Assembly (NCBI GenBank): GCA_963664195.1
Contig: OY760907.1
Span: 2,496,001 to 2,560,000 of the forward strand
Origin: an uncultured candidate division Zixibacteria bacterium
GTDB lineage: Bacteria; Zixibacteria; MSB-5A5; GN15; FEB-12
Reading direction: 5' to 3'
DNA: 64,000 bases
The number at the start of each line of letters is the position of its first letter. Position 1 is the first letter of the stretch. The notes beneath the pieces are model-generated. The model ran no database searches. It was not told the origin of the DNA and worked only from the letters and a program-made list of their open reading frames with translations. The position numbers and the translations under genes are program-made. Of this stretch, positions 39,246 to 49,565 are shown piece after piece.

Positions 39246-39686
39246 TTACGCCGGGTAATGGCCGCCGATGTATTGTTTCAAATAGCGGTTCTCGATTTTC
39301 ATCGACTCCATCTGTGTTTTGACGACATCGCCGACAGAGATCAGGCCGACCAGTTTTTTCTCGCGAACGACCGGCACGTGACGTATCCGGTTGTTCGTCA
39401 TGATTCCGGCGATGTAGGCGATTTCGTCACTTTCCAGCCCGACAATTACGTTTTCCGACATCAGGTCGCGTACGGCCAATTCAGTGAAGCCGCCCGGGTC
39501 TCTTCCGGCCTCGCGAAAGATGTCCTTGTCACTGATGATCCCTACCAATTGAGCGTCGGAGTCTATCACCGGCAGGCAACTGATCTTGTTGGAGATGAGC
39601 AGTCCCATGGCCTCGGGAATGGTCGTTTCCCGGGAGGCGGTAATAACCTCAAGTGTTTTCGCTTCGAGAATGTCCTTAACATGCAT
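39246..39686 (-). CDS. CBS-domain pair protein
   Basis: ATG at 39686 after GGAGG; ISCLPV, LVGIISDKD, RIRHVPV, GLISVGD. Confidence 0.92.
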   Translation of the reverse strand: MHVKDILEAKTLEVITASRETTIPEAMGLLISNKISCLPVIDSDAQLVGIISDKDIFREAGRDPGGFTELAVRDLMSENVIVGLESDEIAYIAGIMTNNRIRHVPVVREKKLVGLISVGDVVKTQMESMKIENRYLKQYIGGHYPA

Positions 39687-39827
39687 CGTTTCACCTCCAA
39701 AGAGATTCGTTCCGCCGAAACAGAACACATCCGGCGAGTGTATAATTACCGGTTGAGTTGCGACGGTCGGATTGCTATCATTATGACCAAATGAATCCGT
39801 AAGCTTCGGGAAAGAGTACGAACCTAC

Positions 39828-40553
39828 ATGAAACAACAGTTAGCCCGCAAACTTGTTCCCGTAATCGCATGTCTGACTTTTGCCCTGGCGTTGCCGTTGG
39901 TTCTGGCTGCTGAAGATGAAATAGACCCGATTTTACAATATTACTGGAAGAAGGCGGGCGAAACGGCTGTCCGACTGGATCCGACACAGTACAATATCAG
40001 CTATAGCTACACCGCCCGGACGCTTTTTCAGGATGTCGATGGCGAGGGAAGAAAAGCCATCACCGACTCGCTGGTGACCGATTTCTACTACACCGGGGGA
40101 CAACTCGACTCGGCCAAAGTCCGGACAGGGGAGGAAAAGCTACTTAAGAAACTCAACCTGACAGTCCCGAAGTTGTTTGAGGATTTCTACTATCTGAACT
40201 TCTTCCCCAATGATACGGGAGGAGAGGAACTTGATATCGGTCTGATTACTGACTCAACCGCCAAGGCACAGCCGGATGGTCTGGTTGTGATCGACCGGAA
40301 GAATTATCATCTCAGGAAACTGTACTTGTACTATCCGAATGTCCCGGGTCACCTTCGCCAGACAAGATCCTACCGTTTCACTCTTCAGCAGGGCTTTGTG
40401 TTTCCGGATTCGGTTTGGGAAGTCGGCGTCGTGGAGGCGGTTTTCGGCCTCGAGGATTACCGGATAGAGACGGGAATCTCAGACATCAAGGTGACGATAC
40501 CGGACCGGCATGATTCTTCAGGACTTGAACCCGATACCGGTCGGTCCAATTGA
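39828..40553 (+). CDS. Hypothetical exported protein
   Basis: Signal peptide, beta-rich 241-aa ORF. Confidence 0.75.
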   Translation: MKQQLARKLVPVIACLTFALALPLVLAAEDEIDPILQYYWKKAGETAVRLDPTQYNISYSYTARTLFQDVDGEGRKAITDSLVTDFYYTGGQLDSAKVRTGEEKLLKKLNLTVPKLFEDFYYLNFFPNDTGGEELDIGLITDSTAKAQPDGLVVIDRKNYHLRKLYLYYPNVPGHLRQTRSYRFTLQQGFVFPDSVWEVGVVEAVFGLEDYRIETGISDIKVTIPDRHDSSGLEPDTGRSN

Positions 40554-40592
40554 GCTTGCCAACCGTACAACCACAACATAGTTTGGCCTAAC

Positions 40593-41357
40593 ATGTCAGA
40601 TGAAACCGCACAACTGAAACAGCAGATACTGCAACAGCCGGACAGAATACCGACCCATGTAGCGATTATCATGGACGGTAACGGCCGCTGGGCCGCCGCA
40701 CGCAACAAGCCGCGCACCTTCGGCCATGAAGCCGGCGTGAGTGCAGTCAGGAAAGTGGTCGAGGCCTGCGGTGATCTTGGCGTGAAATACCTGACGCTGT
40801 ACACGTTTTCTGTAGAAAACTGGAAACGGCCGAAACTTGAGGTCAGCGCGTTGATGTCGCTCCTGACCCGCACTACGCGCAACGAGTTGGAAGAGTTAAT
40901 CAAAAAAGATGTCAAGCTGATCACGACCGGCCGGATCATGGGAATTCCACGGCAGCGGCGCCGGGTCATTCTCAACGCTGTCGAGAAGACGCGCAACAAC
41001 AAAGGGCTGGTGCTCAATCTGGCGTTGAACTACGGCGGGCGTACAGAGATCATGGACGCGGTCAAAGCAATTGCGAACAGCGTGAAGGCAGGGGTGATCG
41101 ATCCGCGCCATATAGACGAGGAGATGTTCGCGGGTTTTCTCTACACGGCAAACATGCCCGACCCTGACCTGCTGATTCGTACGTCGGGTGAGTACCGGAT
41201 ATCCAACTTTCTTCTCTGGCAGACCAGTTATACGGAATTACATATTATCAATACGCTCTGGCCGGATTTTGGTCAGAAAGAGCTGTTCGAGGCGATTATC
41301 GATTACCAGCGACGGGAGCGGCGTTTCGGAAAGATCAGCCACGAGGATAATCAGTGA
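40593..41357 (+). CDS. uppS: Undecaprenyl diphosphate synthase
   Basis: HVAIIMDGNGRWA, FSVENWKRP, NYGGR, PDLLIRTSGE.RISNFLLWQ. Confidence 0.98.
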   Translation: MSDETAQLKQQILQQPDRIPTHVAIIMDGNGRWAAARNKPRTFGHEAGVSAVRKVVEACGDLGVKYLTLYTFSVENWKRPKLEVSALMSLLTRTTRNELEELIKKDVKLITTGRIMGIPRQRRRVILNAVEKTRNNKGLVLNLALNYGGRTEIMDAVKAIANSVKAGVIDPRHIDEEMFAGFLYTANMPDPDLLIRTSGEYRISNFLLWQTSYTELHIINTLWPDFGQKELFEAIIDYQRRERRFGKISHEDNQ

Positions 41358-42232
41358 GCAAGAATCTTATCGCTCGTATTTCGGTTGCAGCGGTTGCCAT
41401 ACCGGCTATCCTGTGGGTTTGCTACCAGGGGGGCGCCTGGCTCTTCGGCATGGTGTCGCTGTTTGCGCTCATCGGGCTGTGTGAGTATCTGTGGAATGAC
41501 GGCTACAAACCTAACGGTCCGTTTTTCTGGCTGGCGCTTATGGCAGTGGGGGCGATATTCGGATTGTTGCTGGAATTTGTTGTTCCGACGGAGTCGGCAG
41601 TTTCCACCGGCTTTGCGATATGGGTAATCTCGGTGCCGGTCATTCTGGTAATCTTCTTTCTCATCAGTACGATGGCTTTCGCTGTCGGCAAGCTGTCTCC
41701 CGATGAGTTGTTCAGACGTAGCACCCGACTCATGTGGGGAGTGATCTACATAGGACTGTTGTACCCCTGCGTGTATCTTGTCGGCGATGCCATTCCCAGG
41801 CCGTATGCAGACTGTCCTTCGGGCGGCGACTATCTCCTGTTTCTATTCGCCCTGTTGTGGGTGGGGGATACAGCGGCGATGGGGATCGGCGGTTGGCTCG
41901 GCAAACACAAGCTGGCTCCGGCAGTCTCACCGAACAAGACGATTGAGGGACTTCTCGGTGGTTTGGTTGGTGCGACTGTGATTGGTGTCATCATGATGTA
42001 CTGGAAACTCGACAGTTTCCCGTGGTACCACGTACTGGCGATTTCAATCGGTTGCTCGGTGTTCGGTCAGCTTGGTGATCTGGTGGAATCGATGTGGAAG
42101 CGATCTATCGGTATCAAGGATTCCTCGGCGCTGATCCCCGGCCACGGCGGTGTGCTTGACAGGTTTGACTCGCTCCTGTTCGCCGCACCGTTTATGTATG
42201 CCTACGTAACGCTCTACTTCATGATGCGATGA
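41354..42232 (+). CDS. cdsA: Phosphatidate cytidylyltransferase
   Basis: SPNKTIEG, GDLVESMWKR, KDSSALIPGHGGVLDRFDS. Confidence 0.96.
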   Translation: MSKNLIARISVAAVAIPAILWVCYQGGAWLFGMVSLFALIGLCEYLWNDGYKPNGPFFWLALMAVGAIFGLLLEFVVPTESAVSTGFAIWVISVPVILVIFFLISTMAFAVGKLSPDELFRRSTRLMWGVIYIGLLYPCVYLVGDAIPRPYADCPSGGDYLLFLFALLWVGDTAAMGIGGWLGKHKLAPAVSPNKTIEGLLGGLVGATVIGVIMMYWKLDSFPWYHVLAISIGCSVFGQLGDLVESMWKRSIGIKDSSALIPGHGGVLDRFDSLLFAAPFMYAYVTLYFMMR

Positions 42233-43140
42233 GAATACTGGATTTCTTCTTCGCCTCTCGCCCTTTGTTGCACCTGCCGATCTGGAGTGTCTACCTCGTC
42301 GCGTTGCATTTTCATGACGAGCTGTCGGGAGAAGGATTCGGCTGGACTGATCTGGTTGTCATGGCTGGAATCAGCCTGCTGTTTTCGGGGGCGGCGTACT
42401 TGAATCAGGTATTTGATTTCGAGTCTGATCGGATCAATAACAAGCTCGGGTTTCTTCAGCAGGGATTCATCAGTCAACCGCAGATGCTGGCCGCTTTTGT
42501 GGTTGTCTCATTGCCGCCAATGGCGGTGGCGCCGTTGTTTTCGATGGCGACCTTGTTCATTTTCGCCCAGTTTCTGTTGCTTGCGTATCTCTATTCAGCG
42601 CCGCCGTTCCGGTTGAAAGATCGCCCGATTCTGGGACTGTTTGCCAACTCGTGGGCGCACGGGTTTCTTGTCGCGATGGCCGTGATGCCGGATATCTCCA
42701 TTCACAATGCCGGATTGCTCGGATGGGACAGTCCCCTGTATTTCTTTTTGACCGTGGCGGCGGTGCACACGCTGACGACGATTCCGGACCGTGAGGGGGA
42801 CAGGGCAACAGGCAAAACGACAATCGGAGTCGTTCTGGGGCGTGGCTGGTCATTGGCGGTGGCTCTCGTGTTTGTGGGACTGTCCGTCTGGGTAGCGTGG
42901 TACTCAGGCTTTGCGCCGCTGGTTTATCTATCGCTGGCTTCGATGTTCCCTATTCTCGCCGCCATGATCATTCGAATCGACAGCACCGTGCTTTTTGCCG
43001 CCAAAGCGCCTATTCTTGCGCTGACGTTCATGGCCGGATATTTCTTCCCGCTGTATTTCGTGTTTGTAGTTGCTCTGCTGTTTGGCTGTCGGATATATTA
43101 CCTCAAGAGGTTTAATATGATATATCCGAAATTGGCCTGA
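42229..43140 (+). CDS. UbiA-family prenyltransferase
   Basis: NQVFDFESDRIN, YSAPPFRLK, IPDREGDRATGKTT; multiple TM helices. Confidence 0.88.
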   Translation: MRILDFFFASRPLLHLPIWSVYLVALHFHDELSGEGFGWTDLVVMAGISLLFSGAAYLNQVFDFESDRINNKLGFLQQGFISQPQMLAAFVVVSLPPMAVAPLFSMATLFIFAQFLLLAYLYSAPPFRLKDRPILGLFANSWAHGFLVAMAVMPDISIHNAGLLGWDSPLYFFLTVAAVHTLTTIPDREGDRATGKTTIGVVLGRGWSLAVALVFVGLSVWVAWYSGFAPLVYLSLASMFPILAAMIIRIDSTVLFAAKAPILALTFMAGYFFPLYFVFVVALLFGCRIYYLKRFNMIYPKLA

Positions 43141-43655
43141 TGCGGGCACCAACGCCTTTCATCCTCCTGCTGTTTCTCGCCTGTGTGGGGTGTGCCGCGC
43201 ATCCTCGCTACCGGGCAGGCTCCGCAGTCAAGCCGCGTGAGGTCAACCAGATCAGCGTGCAGTTCTCCACTGAGGAGTATGTCCGGTTTGGACTGATAAT
43301 CGAGACGTACCTCGGCAAACCGTATGCCGGGTCATCTAAATGGGAAGAAGGACTGGACTGCTCGAAATTCACTGGCGACGTTTACAAATCGTTTAACCGA
43401 ACCGTTCTCCCTCGCCAGGCCGCTGACCAGTTCAAAGAAGGACGGGACATCCCGCGCAATCGACTGAAATTCGGCGATCTGGTCTTTTTCAACACCGATG
43501 GCCGTGGCATCTCTCATGTTGGGATTGCCGTCGGATACAACGAGTTTGTCCACGCTTCCAGTTCGCGCGGAGTAATCATCAGTGACCTGAGCGAGAAGTA
43601 TTGGGCCAAGCGATTTGCCGGTGCCCGCCGGATCATCAAGACCCACGAGAAGTGA
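43140..43655 (+). CDS. NlpC/P60 (C40) peptidoglycan endopeptidase lipoprotein
   Basis: Lipobox, GLDCSKF, GDLVFF, SHVGI, FVHAS. Confidence 0.93.
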   Translation: MRAPTPFILLLFLACVGCAAHPRYRAGSAVKPREVNQISVQFSTEEYVRFGLIIETYLGKPYAGSSKWEEGLDCSKFTGDVYKSFNRTVLPRQAADQFKEGRDIPRNRLKFGDLVFFNTDGRGISHVGIAVGYNEFVHASSSRGVIISDLSEKYWAKRFAGARRIIKTHEK

Positions 43656-43686
43656 ACCTGACGGCTGTATCGCCGTTTAAGAAAAC

Positions 43687-45513
43687 ATGACCAGCGTCCC
43701 CGACAGCCTGCAGCTCAAACTCAAGAATCTTCCGACCAACCCCGGTGTTTATCTGTTCAAGAACAACAAGGGGAAGATCATATATATCGGGAAGGCGAAG
43801 AACCTTCGCAATCGTGTACGGACGTATTTCCAGAGTCAGGACCGGCACCAGGAACGTACGCGACGCATGGTTGCGAAAGTGGCCGATCTGGAGTTGATGG
43901 TCACCGCTAATGAAATCGAGTCGCTGATTCTCGAAGCAAACCTTGTCCACGAGCACAAACCGCGCTACAACGTGATGCTCAAGGATGACAAACATTTTCC
44001 GTATGTCAAAATCACAACCAATGAACCGTTCCCGCGCGTGTTGGTGGTCCGAAGACTGGAGAAGGACAAAGCGACTTACTTTGGCCCGTACACAAGCTCC
44101 AAAGGGATGCGCAAGACGCTGGCGTTCCTGACGCGGATGTTTAAGATTCGATCCTGCGCATATACCATCCCGCCCCCCGAGGGCAAGTCGTATCAGGTCT
44201 GTCTCGACTATCATATCAAGCGTTGTGCGGGTCCGTGCGAAGGGCTTGTCTCCCTGGAAGAGTACGGCGAGGGGGTGCAGAATATCATCCTTGCACTACA
44301 GGGGAAGTCGAAAGCACTGATTGCCCGTCTGACCGAACGGATGCAGGCCTCGTCGAATGCTTTGAACTTTGAGGACGCGCAGGAATGTCGTGATCGAATC
44401 GAGGCGCTCAAGTCGGTCATATTCAAGCAGAGTGTGGACGTCGGCGAGTTGGTTGACCGTGATATTGTAGCCGTCGCCCGCGAGGGGACGGACGGTGTTG
44501 CGGTTGTCCTGCAGATCCGCGAGGGGGGATTGATCGGGCGACAGCATTTCCAGTTGTCAGCTGAAGCCGACGACAGCGACGAAAACGTGCTCGAGACGTT
44601 CATCCAGCAGTATTACAACCATCAACCGAACATCCCCGAGGAACTCTGTCTGCCCCAGGAAGTGGCAGAGGCCAAACTGATCGAAAAGTGGCTTCGACAG
44701 GAGCGCGGGGGGAAGATGAGAGTGTTCACGCCAAAGATCGGCGAGAAAACACGGCTGGTCGATCTCGCGGCGAAAAATGCGCGGTTGATGCTCGATGAGA
44801 TGCTGATCCAGAAACGAACCTTCACCGAACGGATCAGCAAAATGGTGACCTCGCTCAAAGACGAACTCTCGCTGTCCAAATCGCCGCAGCGCATGGTCTG
44901 TTTTGATATCTCGAACACGGGGGAGACCGACTCGGTCGGCTCATGTGCCTTCTTTGACAATGGAAAGCCTAAAAAGGCCGAGTATCGGCATTTCAAGATC
45001 AAAGGCGCGGTCGGACGTCAGGATGATTTCCTGATGATGCGCGAAGTGGTCGGGCGGTATTTCCATCGCATTCGCGAAGACGAGCTTGACCCGCCGGATT
45101 TGGTTGTTGTCGACGGCGGCAAGGGACAGCTATCGAACGCGCGTGCGGAGTTGAAGTCGCTGGGGTTCGAGGATCAGATGGTGATCGGTCTGGCCAAACG
45201 GCTCGAAGAGGTGTTCCTGCCGGAACGGTCTGACCCGATTACGATACCACGCGGCGCCCCGGCGTTGATTTTGTTGAAACGCATCCGCGACGAAGCTCAT
45301 AGGTTCGCGATCACGTACAACCGCAAGGTCCGCACGAAACGAACGATCAAATCGGCACTGGACGACATTCCCGGAATCGGCCCGGCCAAACGTACGGCGT
45401 TGCTGAAGAAGTTCGGTTCGGTGAAACGGATCAAAGAGGCGACCGCCGACGAGATTGCCGAAATCAAAGGCATCAACAAAGCGATGGCGGAGAAGATTCT
45501 GAAGGGGTTGTAG
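43687..45513 (+). CDS. uvrC: Excinuclease ABC subunit C
   Basis: GIY-YIG (PGVYLF...IYIGKAKNLR), UVR domain, FDISN, VDGGKGQL, RDEAHRFA, HhH tail. Confidence 0.98.
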   Translation: MTSVPDSLQLKLKNLPTNPGVYLFKNNKGKIIYIGKAKNLRNRVRTYFQSQDRHQERTRRMVAKVADLELMVTANEIESLILEANLVHEHKPRYNVMLKDDKHFPYVKITTNEPFPRVLVVRRLEKDKATYFGPYTSSKGMRKTLAFLTRMFKIRSCAYTIPPPEGKSYQVCLDYHIKRCAGPCEGLVSLEEYGEGVQNIILALQGKSKALIARLTERMQASSNALNFEDAQECRDRIEALKSVIFKQSVDVGELVDRDIVAVAREGTDGVAVVLQIREGGLIGRQHFQLSAEADDSDENVLETFIQQYYNHQPNIPEELCLPQEVAEAKLIEKWLRQERGGKMRVFTPKIGEKTRLVDLAAKNARLMLDEMLIQKRTFTERISKMVTSLKDELSLSKSPQRMVCFDISNTGETDSVGSCAFFDNGKPKKAEYRHFKIKGAVGRQDDFLMMREVVGRYFHRIREDELDPPDLVVVDGGKGQLSNARAELKSLGFEDQMVIGLAKRLEEVFLPERSDPITIPRGAPALILLKRIRDEAHRFAITYNRKVRTKRTIKSALDDIPGIGPAKRTALLKKFGSVKRIKEATADEIAEIKGINKAMAEKILKGL

Positions 45514-45529
45514 GGCATGTCATGGGTTT

Positions 45530-45556
45530 GTAGGTCGAAACCCCTACGGTTTCGAC
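45530..45556 (+). repeat. GTAG-type REP-like hairpin
   Basis: GTAG-GTCGAAACC-CCTAC-GGTTTCGAC. Confidence 0.6.
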
Positions 45557-45640
45557 AATTGCCTTCTACCGCACCCCGCCTCAGGCGGTCATCGCTTGCG
45601 GTGCGAATGGGATTCGACGCTTGGCCAATCGGATGTGTAC

Positions 45641-47905
45641 TTAGCTACGTGGGCCTCTATTGCGGTACTTTCCTTCCAGTTTCTTCGTTGCATGGGCTGC
45701 CAAGGTGCGTCTCTTACCCTCAACACTAAGTTGTCTGGCGCCGAGGTCGTGCTTTTTCGCGATCTCCAGCGCGCGGTCGTAGGACACAATTGCCGCCGCA
45801 AGATTGAATGCTTGATCCTCATGGGATGATAATCTGAAGTGAGCATCTCCTTGATTGGACAGAGTGGCCGCGAAGCCGTCCGGATACGCCTCTGGATCAT
45901 AGCCCTTCAGTGCCTCCTTGCACGCTGAGATAGCCTCCTTGAGGTTGGCCGGAGACGATTGGGAGCCTGCCAGAAACAGGAAGGCGTGTCCTCTATTCTG
46001 TTGACTTGCGGCATAATGCCATGGGTATCGATCCAATGTGTAAGTTTCAAGCGCGCGGTCGAAAGATGAAATCGATCTAAGGGTGTTTTGCACTTTGTCT
46101 TGAGTCTCGGCCAGCGTCAGATAGGCGTTTCCCATATTGTACCATGCCAAGGCGCGGCCCAAGGAAGACACGTGGCGTCGATCGATCTCCAAGGCACTCT
46201 TGCACTCTGCGATTGCCGTCTTGCAGTTCTCTTCTTTGTTCTCAACGCTAGCCAAGGTCCAGTGTAGTCCCCCCAGATTGTTCTTGTTTATAGCGTAGAT
46301 ATCTGGGTACTCGTCGGCAGAGTAAACTCTCGCCGCCTCGCCACATGCGGCGATAGCTCTACGGCAGTTCCGAGCAGTATCCTCGACATTGGCCAGTTCA
46401 CCGTAGGCGCATGCAACATTGGTCTGGGCCAAAGCGAAGTCACGGGGATAGTCTTCGAAAGTGTATATCTCCAATGCTCCTCTGTAGGCCGCTATTGCCT
46501 TTCTAGTGTTCTGCCCTCTCTCATGAAAACGAGCAAGTGTTACAAAGGCGTTACCGAGGCTGATTTGGCACGTGGCGAGGTCTGACGGCCGTTTAAGTCT
46601 GCCGTAGACACTTGAAGCATTCCCCAGAACTTCCACCGCTGACTGAACGTGACTCGGATTGCCTTGACATTCCGTCAAACCTTGAAGTGCCACGCCCTTA
46701 TTGTGCGCAGCGTTCGCAAACCCTAGTGCGTCTTGCTCCGGTGACCATGTCAACAGGGCCCAGTCATAGGCTTCGACCGCCATTTCGTCGTATTCGACCG
46801 TGTCTGTGCAACTCTGACCGGCTTTGAGCGCTGCGTTGCCCAGCCACCACATGGCCACCGGATCATCGCCAAACAGACCCAGCATGGACCGGAAATTGTC
46901 CATCAGTTGGACCTCATCCATAACAATCTGCTCCAGATAGGTCTGCTCAACCGTGATGGTCTCACCGGCCTCGCGGAGAAAGGCTCGGTGCTCTAATCTC
47001 CCAAGCAGTGCCTTCCACTCGTGCGGCTTCAGTGTCAACTCATTGAGCGACTCAAACACTCGCTTCACCCGGTCTACGGAGAACTCCTCCTTACCTTCGT
47101 AGATACCCGCGAGATATAACCGCCGGAGACTCTGCAACACGGCTTTCTGATTCTCGTCGCATTCGTCGTAGCGTTTCCGCATAGTGTCAAGCGGTAGAAA
47201 GATAGAGCCGACTGTACCGTTGAAGTGCTCCGGCACCGTCTTGCCGGTGCTATCTGCTACTTCGTTCGCAAACTCTGCAGGAGCCTTTTCTATCTCGATC
47301 GGATCGCCGAAGAGAGAGAAGTAGCTGTCGAGTTTGGCTCTTGCGGTAGCCAACTCTGGTCCGCTCCGGCATGTGGCGACGATGATGCCCCTATCTTGGA
47401 TGTCACATCGTTCGAATCTATTCAATAGGTGCTTGCAGTTGTTGAGCTTGGCGTAGTTCTCAAGATCGTCGAGAAGGAGTACTGGGTTGCCGGTCTCCAT
47501 CAGACGCTTTGGTATCTCGAAATTCTCGACATCTATGTCCGTGGGATACGGGATCAAGACATCATGTCTGTCATTCAGGGAGCGCAAGGCCTGAAGCACA
47601 GCCCTGGACTTACCGGCCAAGGGATCACCAGTTACCAGAACATTCTTGCCATCCTCTATCCGTTTGCGGATTTCCTCATCGTGCTGTCGGGGTTTGTAGT
47701 ACTCGTGAAATCCGTACTTGGCCTTGCCTCTTAACGAGCCCATGACCTCTTCAGGCTGAAGATTGCTGGATTTCTTCCAGACTACGGCGTATTGGCCTTC
47801 ACGGCGAGTCTTCTTCTCTCGATTCCTCTGGATCGCAAAGGATATCCCCCATACTACCAGGCCGACGACGACTCCGATGACAATAGTAGCCCAAATAGGT
47901 TCCAT
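45641..47905 (-). CDS. TM - STAND-like NTPase - TPR repeat protein
   Basis: N-terminal TM helix, Walker A GDPLAGKS, Walker B VLLLDDL, IVATCR, then about 8 TPR-like repeats (e.g. AIAAYRGALEIYTFEDYPRDFALAQTNVACAY). Confidence 0.85.
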   Translation of the reverse strand: MEPIWATIVIGVVVGLVVWGISFAIQRNREKKTRREGQYAVVWKKSSNLQPEEVMGSLRGKAKYGFHEYYKPRQHDEEIRKRIEDGKNVLVTGDPLAGKSRAVLQALRSLNDRHDVLIPYPTDIDVENFEIPKRLMETGNPVLLLDDLENYAKLNNCKHLLNRFERCDIQDRGIIVATCRSGPELATARAKLDSYFSLFGDPIEIEKAPAEFANEVADSTGKTVPEHFNGTVGSIFLPLDTMRKRYDECDENQKAVLQSLRRLYLAGIYEGKEEFSVDRVKRVFESLNELTLKPHEWKALLGRLEHRAFLREAGETITVEQTYLEQIVMDEVQLMDNFRSMLGLFGDDPVAMWWLGNAALKAGQSCTDTVEYDEMAVEAYDWALLTWSPEQDALGFANAAHNKGVALQGLTECQGNPSHVQSAVEVLGNASSVYGRLKRPSDLATCQISLGNAFVTLARFHERGQNTRKAIAAYRGALEIYTFEDYPRDFALAQTNVACAYGELANVEDTARNCRRAIAACGEAARVYSADEYPDIYAINKNNLGGLHWTLASVENKEENCKTAIAECKSALEIDRRHVSSLGRALAWYNMGNAYLTLAETQDKVQNTLRSISSFDRALETYTLDRYPWHYAASQQNRGHAFLFLAGSQSSPANLKEAISACKEALKGYDPEAYPDGFAATLSNQGDAHFRLSSHEDQAFNLAAAIVSYDRALEIAKKHDLGARQLSVEGKRRTLAAHATKKLEGKYRNRGPRS

Positions 47906-48345
47906 GCTTCACATGCTCTCGTGCGATAGGTTCTGATAGAAATTCCCCGATGCTATTGACAGAATATAGCATATTGTCAACGGAGAGCAAGGTTTCGATT
48001 ATTGGTTTTGGAAAGACGCAATCAAGTGATGCACATTTCGACAGGCTCAATGTGACTTGATTGCCAGAGTGACTTGATTGGAATCCACTCGCACCGCAAG
48101 CGGATGCGGCACCAAGGCGAAGAGGATATACGGAGTCTCAGGGTAAGGGTGCCACCCTCAAGCGATTTAGCAAGTATACGATCTAGTCTTCCGTTCGGAG
48201 CTTGTGGGTGAAGGATCAGTCGGCTGCAAGAGCCTGTCAGGTTTCTCCGTCACAAGGTTTGTGACCTTGGAACGCCGATCTACAAGACAAAACTCCCCCC
48301 CATTAAATCATTGCCAAAGCCCTGAAACATCGCCTATTATCCCCC

Positions 48346-49557
48346 ATGCAAGACCGTCCACAGGCTTACACCGTCAGCGCTATCACCCGTATGATCAAAA
48401 GTGCCCTCGAAGGGCAGTTCCAGGGCATTTGGGTTGAGGGCGAGATTTCCAACTATCACCACCACTCGTCCGGGCATCGGTATATCACCCTCAAGGACGA
48501 TAAGGCCGTCATCAAAGTGACGATGTGGAAATCGATGGGGGCGTATCTCAAGTTCGAGCCGGAAAACGGCCAGAAGGTGCTAGCATTCGGCGATATCTCC
48601 GTGTACGAGAAAGGCGGCCAGTATCAACTCACGGCCAAACGTCTCGTCCCGGCCGGTATGGGTGAGTTGGAACTCGCATTCAGGCAACTCTACGAAAAGC
48701 TGCACGCCGAGGGGCTATTCGACGAAGCCCTGAAGAAACCGCTACCGTCGTATCCCAAGAAGATCGGGATTGTCACTTCGCCGACCGGGGCCGCGATTCG
48801 CGATATTATTCAGATCGCCCGCCGTCGCAATCACACCGTGCAACTAATCATCTACCCGGCCAAAGTCCAGGGAGACGGGGCGGAGGAGACAATAGCCGCC
48901 GGTATCCGGTATTTCAATACGCGCGACGATATCGATATTGTCATCACCGGACGAGGGGGAGGTTCACTCGAAGATCTGTGGCCGTTCAACACGGAGACAA
49001 CGGTGCGTGCGATTGTAGCATCGAATATCCCGGTCGTATCGGCAGTAGGCCATGAGGTGGACATAACGTTGTCCGATCTGGCCTCGGATCTTCGCACTCC
49101 GACGCCTTCGGCGGCGGCGGAGTTGGCGGTCTGGTCGCTCGATGATTACATGGATTTGGTCCAATCGCTTGTCCGCGATGCAACGGCCAGTCTGAAATAT
49201 CGGGTGACACGGGCGCGTCAGGAGTTGGATTCGACGCTCGACAGGCCCGTGTATCAGAGGCCACTGGACCTTGTGAATCAACGTCGCCAGCATCTTGATG
49301 TCAGTCACCAACTGCTATCGAGTGCGGGAAAAAACAGTTTGGAGCGTCACAAGAACCGGTTATCTTTAAGGCTGTCCTCGCTGGAAGCGCTATCACCGCT
49401 CAAGACTCTGGCGAGAGGGTATTCGGTCAGTCGGGGCGCCGACAATCATGCGCTAATCAAGTCGCTGAAGGATATCGACGAGGGCGGAAAGATGGAAACG
49501 ATACTGCCCGATGGCCGTCTGGTCTCGGTCGTGGAATCGAAACAAGAGAAGTTATAG
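48346..49557 (+). CDS. xseA: Exodeoxyribonuclease VII large subunit
   Basis: WVEGEISN, SGHRY, TSPTGAAIRD, RGGGSLEDLW, SAVGHEVD, TPSAAAE. Confidence 0.97.
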   Translation: MQDRPQAYTVSAITRMIKSALEGQFQGIWVEGEISNYHHHSSGHRYITLKDDKAVIKVTMWKSMGAYLKFEPENGQKVLAFGDISVYEKGGQYQLTAKRLVPAGMGELELAFRQLYEKLHAEGLFDEALKKPLPSYPKKIGIVTSPTGAAIRDIIQIARRRNHTVQLIIYPAKVQGDGAEETIAAGIRYFNTRDDIDIVITGRGGGSLEDLWPFNTETTVRAIVASNIPVVSAVGHEVDITLSDLASDLRTPTPSAAAELAVWSLDDYMDLVQSLVRDATASLKYRVTRARQELDSTLDRPVYQRPLDLVNQRRQHLDVSHQLLSSAGKNSLERHKNRLSLRLSSLEALSPLKTLARGYSVSRGADNHALIKSLKDIDEGGKMETILPDGRLVSVVESKQEKL

Positions 49558-49565
49558 TTGCAACC

